From IMG/VR virus record IMGVR_UViG_3300010885_080481: DNA of 64,000 nt; one strand, written 5' to 3'. Positions 16,007 to 23,398 of this stretch are shown piece by piece. Each line of letters begins with the position of its first letter. Position 1 is the first letter of the stretch. A model generated the notes under the pieces. It saw only the letters and a program-made list of their open reading frames with translations. It was not told the origin of the DNA and did not search any database. This DNA is from a virus (lineage: Duplodnaviria; Caudoviricetes). The translations under genes were made by a program, and so were the position numbers.

Positions 16007-17179
16007 TCAAAAATTTACAAAATCATCGTGCTTCAACATGAAGCGGAGAGTCTCTTTCACATTCATCCCCGTGGACTCGAACTTTTCCACGAGGGGATCG
16101 AGGACTTCAGGAGGAACAGTGGCGAGATCGTTGACGACATCCTCCTTCGACATGACCATGTTCCACAGGCGAGTCGTGACGCAGTCAGCAATGATAGGAT
16201 CATCAGCAATTGCTGCGCCAAATGCTGGGAGATCATCAGCCTCGCTTCCAAAGCGCCATGCCGTCTTTTCGCCAGAAGAAAGCCAATGTTCTACTTCAGT
16301 CGTCACCGGTTCCGGAAGCACGGGTGTGCTCACTGAGCTCTCTCCCACCCACATGCCTTCGGCATCGAAGTTAGCGAATAGAGGAGCGATGTGGTTCATC
16401 GTCGCGTGACAGTTCGCACACACTACAGACTGTGTATCCCGGAAATTGATGGGAGAATCCGAGATAGATTCGAAAGGCCAAGGAGACACGTAATCCTTAC
16501 CGTCCACGACAGTGGGCTTATCAACTGACTCGGCGGGAAATTTCTGGCACGCAAAGACTTCCTGGACCCACCTGACCCGACGGAAGGCCATGTTGCTGTA
16601 GAAATGCTTCATCGTGCCTGGGTTGGTGAGGACCCCTGCGTGAACAGGTACAGCGTTTTCACACTCCCCGTCGACAAAGTCTCCATTCTCAAAGGTAGGA
16701 CACGTGTTCGTGGTGGCCGTGAACACATCGGTGAAAGGACTACCATTTACTGAGATTCTTGCGGCGAGGACGGGTGAATGATCCATCATCTCAGAACCGC
16801 CTTGACGCATCGTGTCGCGCCAAAATTTCACCATGCGAGCTTGAAATCGCGAATCATCAATCATTTCATCAACGATTGATTCATACTCTGATTTCTTATT
16901 TTGAGCATTCTGTAGCCTGCGAATAGTCTCTAAAGTAGGTAAAGTTCTAGTTAGCTTTAATGATGCAGTTCTTAGAGCTTCTTCATAGCTTAGTTTTCTA
17001 TCGTCTAGTGTGGTTTTTTCAGGGGCTTCGCCTCCTGAACCAGCACCTGAAGAAGTCGTGTTGTCGGTTGATGAAGATCCTTGTCCTGAAGAGTTATGTT
17101 CGTTTAATCCTTCAGGAGTTGAAGCGCAACCAACTCCGCATAAGATAAGAATCGTTAAGATTTTTTTTGACATCACCAT
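16007..17179 (-). CDS. putative heme-c-binding lipoprotein (DUF1549/DUF1585-1592-like)
   Basis: Signal ending GVGC, S/G linker, CANCH (CxxCH) motif, GVLT.PG, C-terminal L...F...G.NVKE..R. Confidence 0.7.
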   Translation of the reverse strand: MVMSKKILTILILCGVGCASTPEGLNEHNSSGQGSSSTDNTTSSGAGSGGEAPEKTTLDDRKLSYEEALRTASLKLTRTLPTLETIRRLQNAQNKKSEYESIVDEMIDDSRFQARMVKFWRDTMRQGGSEMMDHSPVLAARISVNGSPFTDVFTATTNTCPTFENGDFVDGECENAVPVHAGVLTNPGTMKHFYSNMAFRRVRWVQEVFACQKFPAESVDKPTVVDGKDYVSPWPFESISDSPINFRDTQSVVCANCHATMNHIAPLFANFDAEGMWVGESSVSTPVLPEPVTTEVEHWLSSGEKTAWRFGSEADDLPAFGAAIADDPIIADCVTTRLWNMVMSKEDVVNDLATVPPEVLDPLVEKFESTGMNVKETLRFMLKHDDFVNF

Positions 17180-17322
17180 GATATTAATATCTCGTATTCA
17201 AAAAAATACAAGATAATATCAAGATTATTTTTTGTGTGCTGATAATAGAATTCCCACAGCTACATCAAATACGAATATTAATCATGTTTTAACGTCGACT
17301 TTTAGAGCATTATCAACAAAAA

Positions 17323-17355
17323 TTTTACCGCTGAACAATCTATTCAGCGGTAAAA
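17323..17355. terminator. intrinsic terminator
   Basis: TTTTACCGCTGAA-CAATCTA-TTCAGCGGTAAAA downstream of 17387-17941. Confidence 0.75.
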
Positions 17356-17386
17356 GATTCACGTTGCGATTTACTGAAAAATAAAA

Positions 17387-17941
17387 TCACGTTACGATCG
17401 TGAGCGGATCATTGGTCACCGCATGGAGGAACCAGTGGCTGCCGTTGCAGACGACTTCCATGAAATCTCCTCCTTGAAGGGCTACGCCGAAAGCAACGGA
17501 TATTGCAGCAGAGACCTGCTGACCTTCGGCCGCGGAGGCGGCTCCGTTATTCGTGTTGATGGCGTTGCCGTAGATCTTTGCGGAGCCGACGGGAACTTGG
17601 ATCTTGTGGGCATATGCAGCACCAGCATACATCTTGAAGTGAAGTCCTTGGGCAGGCGCTGGAAGCGTGAACGTCTGAGCAGACCCTCCATCAGCTATGA
17701 GAATGGCTCCGCTCTCTGCTGAAGTGAGTACGACACCGGCTGAGATGATCTGTCTACGGCCGCCTGTCTGAGTGACGCCGGCCATCGTGAGGTAGGTACC
17801 GCTGAGTGTGGTGTTTCCTCCAACAGCTAGGTCATTTGTAAACGTGGTGTTTCCCGTTGTAGACAACGTACTTGAAATTTCGACGCCAGAACCCGTGCTC
17901 TGAACCAATCCTTGCGAATCATTAATTGTAACTTTTGGCAT
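17387..17941 (-). CDS. putative virion structural protein, paralog 3
   Basis: MPKVTINDSQGLVQSTGSGV N-terminus shared with 12916 and 13377. Confidence 0.75.
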   Translation of the reverse strand: MPKVTINDSQGLVQSTGSGVEISSTLSTTGNTTFTNDLAVGGNTTLSGTYLTMAGVTQTGGRRQIISAGVVLTSAESGAILIADGGSAQTFTLPAPAQGLHFKMYAGAAYAHKIQVPVGSAKIYGNAINTNNGAASAAEGQQVSAAISVAFGVALQGGDFMEVVCNGSHWFLHAVTNDPLTIVT

Positions 17942-18005
17942 GTATACCTGTCCTCTTTAAAGACGGGATAAATATCCCAAACGTAGGAAAAAGTATTATT
18001 CCTGT

Positions 18006-18389
18006 TTAATCTTTTAAAGAATCTGTTAATCTTTTTTTAGAAGAATCAGGAGAAACATTGTAATTTTCTAATATACGCCTTATCGTCTTTACGATTGCAT
18101 CATAACCTACGACTGAAATGCCACCTGATGTTGTATATGCTAAAATTGATCCCGCCAACGTATTTCCAAAAGCTTCAGGAACAGGAAGTCCGTACTTGTA
18201 ACCTATCAATCCCGTCCACGCTCCGACTGCTAATGCATGAAGCGGTAACGTAGCCCAATACAAACGGCGCCACCCCACATGTCCGTCAGATTCTCTTCTC
18301 TTATTTCCAAGAACTATGTTACGGACGACTTGGCCACACATTCCTATGATGAATGGGACGATTCCTAATATTATTAGCCAGTCTTGCAT
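18006..18389 (-). CDS. multi-pass membrane protein (holin-like candidate)
   Basis: Three hydrophobic segments and a basic C-terminus; alternative start 18428. Confidence 0.5.
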   Translation of the reverse strand: MQDWLIILGIVPFIIGMCGQVVRNIVLGNKRRESDGHVGWRRLYWATLPLHALAVGAWTGLIGYKYGLPVPEAFGNTLAGSILAYTTSGGISVVGYDAIVKTIRRILENYNVSPDSSKKRLTDSLKD

Positions 18390-18399
18390 TGTAATAATT

Positions 18400-18660
18400 C
18401 TATTCTGCCGCCATGGGAAATTCTGCATGTGCAGACATATCTACGGCCCATTTGTCACATGCTTCATGCGCCTTGTTTACCAAATCATTGCAAGCTTCTT
18501 CTAACGTCATACCACTTGTGAGAGCAGCATCTAGGTAGCTCATCATTGCTGCAATCAATTCATCAGAGTTTACTTCGACAGATTCGACCAATTCTTTCTT
18601 GTTGATGCTAAGATATTCCTGTTTTATTAAATTGCGCAGTTGAGATGGTGATAATTTCAT
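18400..18660 (-). CDS. hypothetical protein with capsid-targeting-like N-terminus
   Basis: MKLSPSQLRNLIKQEY leader; ATAATTA immediately upstream. Confidence 0.7.
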   Translation of the reverse strand: MKLSPSQLRNLIKQEYLSINKKELVESVEVNSDELIAAMMSYLDAALTSGMTLEEACNDLVNKAHEACDKWAVDMSAHAEFPMAAE

Positions 18661-18744
18661 AGAGTTAATTATCATGTTCTCAAAGCAACATTTCGTAAAA
18701 TTGTATAAAACGTTATAAAGTAGAGACAATACTTAGCTGTAAGT

Positions 18745-19980
18745 ATGAAAAAAATTTTGCTAGAAAAGTTCATTAAAAATTATTTGCTGTTAGAAGCCAA
18801 GAATTCTGGTTTGTTGAGGCTAATTGATGAACTTTACGTCATGAATGACAAACTCAACTTGAGTGAAGAAGAAAAATTTAAAAAATTGAAAAATGAAATA
18901 TCGATGTATTTGGGGCCGAAAGCTCCTGCAGGATCATCTAGAATAGTTTTTCCTCTTGATTCAGGCAGCGTCATTAAGTTAGCTCTTAATCCTGCAGGAT
19001 TTGCGCAAAATGGTACTGAGGCCATGGCAGGATCCGATGAGTCAGTCTCTGCTATCATAAACCCTGTCATCGCAAAGAGCAACGTCGTAGAATACGACGG
19101 GTTTTTTTGGATCGTTCAAGAGAAGGTATTACCGCTTAATGACGATTTGACTGGTTCTAAAAACTGGTCTTATTTTCAGAACCTTTTGATGAAAGCTACC
19201 AGAGGTGCTCATTCAATCACGCCTGATAAAGGGGAGTTTTCTACAGCTGTTGATGTGGAAAAAACAAGAGTAGAAATTCCGCTCGGCGGGGCAAAAAAAC
19301 TTCAGGCACTGAAACCTGTGAATACGAAGGAAGTAGAAGAGGAAAAAGCTAGAAAGCAGATCTCAGATGCTTTTAAAAAAGTTGGACCTGAATTTTTTGA
19401 ATCTTTCAGGGAATTCTTAAACAAGTACTCAGGATCTAGAACAGGCGATCTTTTTAAACCTGACTCTTGGGGAATGACGTCTGACGGTAGGCTGAAGTTG
19501 ATAGATTATGGATACACCAAAGGAATATCCGACAAGTTCTACGATAGAGGTTACGTGTTGGATCAAACAGAGATAAAAAAGAGGCTCGATGCGGCGCAAC
19601 AACGAAGAGAAGAAAATATAGACTCAACTGTAGCCGATAATGAGTATATGCTTATGAACGTCAACAACGTCCCTCCCTTGATGTCTCTGTTGCTTCTAAT
19701 AAAGGGCGTCGTGATTGGTCTTCCACGCAGAGTTGAAGAGTTTGAGGTCGGAAAAACGCTTTCTAATCTCACAGAAACTGAAAAAACTTCAGTGGCTAGT
19801 TTGATCAGGAATAAGCAAGAAATTATCGAAAAAATTATTAATCAAGTATCAAACACGCAATTAAAAAATAAATTGTATGATGAACTGGATGAAATCCTGT
19901 TGTCAACAGGATCTTTAGGTAAAACTGAATCTTTGATCAGACTTCTAGTAAAAGAAAGCCTCCGCGCAAGAATGAGATAA
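18745..19980 (+). CDS. protein kinase-like fold protein A
   Basis: AGSSRIVF loop, VIKLA Lys, QNGTE, WIVQEKV hinge, GDLFKPDSWG, LIDYG. Confidence 0.7.
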   Translation: MKKILLEKFIKNYLLLEAKNSGLLRLIDELYVMNDKLNLSEEEKFKKLKNEISMYLGPKAPAGSSRIVFPLDSGSVIKLALNPAGFAQNGTEAMAGSDESVSAIINPVIAKSNVVEYDGFFWIVQEKVLPLNDDLTGSKNWSYFQNLLMKATRGAHSITPDKGEFSTAVDVEKTRVEIPLGGAKKLQALKPVNTKEVEEEKARKQISDAFKKVGPEFFESFREFLNKYSGSRTGDLFKPDSWGMTSDGRLKLIDYGYTKGISDKFYDRGYVLDQTEIKKRLDAAQQRREENIDSTVADNEYMLMNVNNVPPLMSLLLLIKGVVIGLPRRVEEFEVGKTLSNLTETEKTSVASLIRNKQEIIEKIINQVSNTQLKNKLYDELDEILLSTGSLGKTESLIRLLVKESLRARMR

Positions 19981-19983
19981 AAA

Positions 19984-20820
19984 TCAACCTTTACCTGACT
20001 GCTTCGGTTCCCATTTTTTCACGTCTCTACGCAACGCTGAAGCTGCATCAAAAAATATCACTTCTCCCTCACCGCCGCGGACGCGTCGAATTCCCATGTT
20101 GTCAGGTTTGAAGTCAACCATCCCTAATTTGTAATGCGATAAAATACCTTTTACGAATCTTTGAAACCAATCAGGAGATAGTCGGTACCTCTCTTCAATT
20201 GACTTCAATTCTGCTTCTGGTAATAAAGGGATCAATTCGTTTGCTAGTTGTTGCGGATTTCTATCAGCAAATTTAACAGGAGGCTGTCCTGTAGACTTGG
20301 CACGTTTTTGTTCTTGCCCGACGATCGTTGCGATACCATCTGAGATGGATCTCCATAACAATTTCCACTCAGGATCCTCACCTAGAGAGCTTGCTTCTGA
20401 CACCTTCTCGACAATAGACCACCCTATCGGTCCTGCGTTGCTTGTAAATACGCCTGTGTCTAATACGTTAGGTAGACCTGAACCAATTTCGCTTCCTGAA
20501 TATAAGACATCTTCAATCTCAGATGCTCGAGGAGTTCCTGGTTCTAGTTTTAGAACTAGATTTCTTCCCAACGAGAACGCTGTACCTTGTCGACCTGATC
20601 CCAAATACTTGACGTTACCTTTAGACAGAATTCTGTTCCAATCTACAAAGTTATCAGGTTCTGCTGAAAAAGCGTCAACGTCTAATCCCATGCGCTTAAA
20701 GACTTTGGATTTCATTAATTCATCTCTTATCATACCCATTTGCAATTCAGATAATTCTTGAGATATGTTTAATGATTCTACTAGAATATTTTTAATGAAT
20801 TCTCTAAGTAATAACGACAT
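19984..20820 (-). CDS. protein kinase-like fold protein B (Ser/Thr type)
   Basis: YLGSGRQG Gly-loop, VLKLE, SIVEKV, VDFKPDNMG catalytic loop, IFFDA. Confidence 0.78.
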   Translation of the reverse strand: MSLLLREFIKNILVESLNISQELSELQMGMIRDELMKSKVFKRMGLDVDAFSAEPDNFVDWNRILSKGNVKYLGSGRQGTAFSLGRNLVLKLEPGTPRASEIEDVLYSGSEIGSGLPNVLDTGVFTSNAGPIGWSIVEKVSEASSLGEDPEWKLLWRSISDGIATIVGQEQKRAKSTGQPPVKFADRNPQQLANELIPLLPEAELKSIEERYRLSPDWFQRFVKGILSHYKLGMVDFKPDNMGIRRVRGGEGEVIFFDAASALRRDVKKWEPKQSGKG

Positions 20821-20862
20821 GCCAATTACACACTAAGTATTACAACAACTTAAATTAAAAAC

Positions 20863-20890
20863 GAAAAAGGCCTCGAAAGAGGCCTTTTTC
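20863..20890. terminator. bidirectional intrinsic terminator
   Basis: GAAAAAGGCCTC-GAAA-GAGGCCTTTTTC. Confidence 0.85.
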
Positions 20891-20913
20891 TAATTAGACA
20901 TGATATCTTTTAA

Positions 20914-21100
20914 TCAGATGATGTTCATGTCAATGACCGTGCCGATCGTGCCTCTTGACCGTAGCCCAGTCTTTGGAAGGGATCGCAGAGTTGACTCTTC
21001 CATCGCCCACTGATGCTGAGATATGCCCTTACGAGATCCGGAGGTGGCCCACGCCACGGGGCCCTTCTTGTACTCCGACTCCACGGACCCGAGGATGCAT
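20914..21100 (-). pseudogene. decayed duplicate of the major capsid gene 3' end
   Basis: Encodes ...GTVIDMNII*; collinear near-exact blocks shared with 23383-23488. Confidence 0.65.
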
Positions 21101-21342
21101 CGTACTGCGGTAGGTGCATCGTGTCGTCTTTGCCTTTTTCGAGGTCCGTGGCCTTTAAGTATCACACGGATCGCAGGAATATTCGCGAATATTGTCCCCA
21201 GGTTTCCCGCATCGCGTATTTCCGACCATTTCTCTGGCGGAACTCTATGCTGCTCCTCGAACAACACGTCTCTTTCCTGCTCATCAATCCGTGGACCACC
21301 ACATCAATGTTGAGGGCAATATATATATGCATGAACGCCGAC

Positions 21343-21471
21343 ATGAAGTTATTGAGGACATACCTAGCCAACGTCATCAGAGAGGTGGCAGAGGTACGGA
21401 CCAAAACCGACGTGGTGGCAAGAGCTTACTTCTTGAATTTCTTACGTGTGTTCGCAAGGTCGATGCCATAA
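21343..21471 (+). CDS. 42-aa protein with capsid-targeting-like N-terminus
   Basis: MKLLRTYLANVIREVAEV; ATATATATA upstream. Confidence 0.45.
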   Translation: MKLLRTYLANVIREVAEVRTKTDVVARAYFLNFLRVFARSMP

Positions 21472-22388
21472 CGTTTGGACAGAGCACCTGACTTGAGACG
21501 AAGAATGTTATGCCAAGACATCAGCTTCTTAGCAAGATCATCCGAAACATAATCTTTTCGACCCAGCTTACCCAACTCTGGGTCACCCGCCATCGTTTTA
21601 ATAAACCTCTTCACCACAGCGTTGACAAACTGTATGGGTGTGACAGGCGCATCTCCTTGGCCTTCGTATGATCCTCGACCGACGACATTCTTCATGGCAT
21701 TGAGGAAGCCATCCTGGACGTTAGCAGGCAGGGCAGCCGGCTCGTTTCCTCCAATCTCATCAGCCATGTCTGGAAAATACTGCGTGATGAGCAACTCATC
21801 AAACTGAGAACCATAACGGTTGAAGAAATCCTTCACCACATCCATCACAGGCTTGGGCTTCTTGTCCAATCTGTTACCGATGGAAACTGTGATATTGGAG
21901 TCGTCTCCTCCCACTCTCTTCGCTTGATCCAGACCCGACTGGACCCAATAGACCATGATCTCATAGAGGTTGTCGTTCATCTCTGGGCGGTCTGGATCAC
22001 GACCCTGAAACTTGAAGCGCTTGTAGGCACCCTTCATCGTGGCCTCGTGAAGCAGGGCATGGATGACGTCACCGCTGAAAGCCTCATCGATATAGTCGTC
22101 GGCGCACAGGGTCAGCAGGCCCGACTGTCCCTTGCTAAGGAATCTTTTTGTGTAGAAACCACCGGTCTCAAAGATTTCATCAAACTTTTGCACTGCAAAA
22201 GCCGTGAATTCAGCATCCATGGCCTTCTCGTCATCTGTCAACGGTGGACGAAGAACACCATAGTGACCGAAAGGTGTGACGTCGTCCATCTTTTTGGTAC
22301 CGGAGGCGAACTCAGGTGTGGACTTGGAGATCTCAGAGACGAGAACCTCGTGAATCAAGGACCGAAGTTGAGAGAGTCGTATCTTCAT
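21426..22388 (-). CDS. hypothetical protein with capsid-targeting-like N-terminus
   Basis: MKIRLSQLRSLIHEVLVSE; ATATTTA upstream; 320 aa. Confidence 0.78.
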   Translation of the reverse strand: MKIRLSQLRSLIHEVLVSEISKSTPEFASGTKKMDDVTPFGHYGVLRPPLTDDEKAMDAEFTAFAVQKFDEIFETGGFYTKRFLSKGQSGLLTLCADDYIDEAFSGDVIHALLHEATMKGAYKRFKFQGRDPDRPEMNDNLYEIMVYWVQSGLDQAKRVGGDDSNITVSIGNRLDKKPKPVMDVVKDFFNRYGSQFDELLITQYFPDMADEIGGNEPAALPANVQDGFLNAMKNVVGRGSYEGQGDAPVTPIQFVNAVVKRFIKTMAGDPELGKLGRKDYVSDDLAKKLMSWHNILRLKSGALSKRYGIDLANTRKKFKK

Positions 22389-22481
22389 GGGAGGTAAATA
22401 TAGGATCGGTCAAAGAAAATATTCAAAGAATGTCGCCTCTGTTCCATACGCGGTATTTACAACCATTTCTCTGGCAGAACT

Positions 22482-23297
22482 CTAGGGCTGCTCCTCGAAC
22501 AACACCTCGAACCGCCAACCCTTCTTCTCACAGAATCGGGCCGCAGCCTCCCACTTGGCCTCATCAATCTCGTCGTGGCGACCCTTCACCTCGTAGAGGG
22601 TACGGTCTTCTGGTGCGTAGAAGTCTGGGACGTAGGTCCGCTGGGAGCCGTCTGGATGGGTATAGGGGATGGTGATGCCATGTGACTTGGTGACATGGTA
22701 ACCTTTGGTAATTGCCGCCTCAAGGAACGACGTTTCCCAGGAAGAATGCATGAACTCCTCCTGTCCGGTGAACGGATTGAACTTCCACTCAGTCTTGAAA
22801 GGAGCATGGGGACCGATGATGCCGGCCTCGAGGAGCTTGACAGCCCGAGCGGAGGCTTCTTTGCGGAGCAGAGAGGCGAAGGGTGAAGAGGACCAGAAGC
22901 GAGCCATTGCTTCTGACTTTTTTCTTTGAACTTCTGGTGTTAGTGTTGCTTGGTTCATTAGTCTACCTTTTTTAAAAGCAACATCTGGGTGTTTACTCAT
23001 CCATCTTTTCATGTTTTCAGAGTTTTTCTTGCCTATCTTCGCTTTCTCCTCATCAGATTTGATTCTACCATGTGCGTGGTGACCGTGGATAAATCGTGTA
23101 AAATCCTTTAGGGAAACATTCCAATTGTTTTTTCCATTGCATCCACATGAGCACAAGGGTATGCAGTTATTGTATTTCCATTTCAGCACATATTCTTGAG
23201 ATGACATCTTGTGGCATCTTAAGTGTCTAAAAACAAATTCCTTTGATTCAAATTCCTGTTCGCACTCTTTACAAAAATTATCTATTTCACTTGACAT
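22482..23297 (-). CDS. free-standing homing-type endonuclease: C2H2/CGC Zn motifs, NUMOD3-like segment, TnsA-like PD-(D/E)XK domain
   Basis: CKEC..H...H, CSCGC, SSWE, YVPDFY, YEVKG, KWEAAARFC. Confidence 0.8.
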   Translation of the reverse strand: MSSEIDNFCKECEQEFESKEFVFRHLRCHKMSSQEYVLKWKYNNCIPLCSCGCNGKNNWNVSLKDFTRFIHGHHAHGRIKSDEEKAKIGKKNSENMKRWMSKHPDVAFKKGRLMNQATLTPEVQRKKSEAMARFWSSSPFASLLRKEASARAVKLLEAGIIGPHAPFKTEWKFNPFTGQEEFMHSSWETSFLEAAITKGYHVTKSHGITIPYTHPDGSQRTYVPDFYAPEDRTLYEVKGRHDEIDEAKWEAAARFCEKKGWRFEVLFEEQP

Positions 23298-23337
23298 ACA
23301 AATATAATATAAACGTAAACTAAAAGTATTTAAACTA

Positions 23338-23362
23338 CAAAGGCCACAAAAAGTGGCCTTTG
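23338..23362 (-). terminator. terminator after major capsid gene
   Basis: CAAAGGCCAC-AAAAA-GTGGCCTTTG. Confidence 0.75.
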
Positions 23363-23398
23363 CAATTATTTAGACAGTGAATTCAGTTGACGTTCATG

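Noticed and set aside
20914-21267. 117-aa ORF as a functional gene
   Set aside because: It is a patchwork of endonuclease-tail and capsid-tail relics with no credible start signals; treated as pseudogenic
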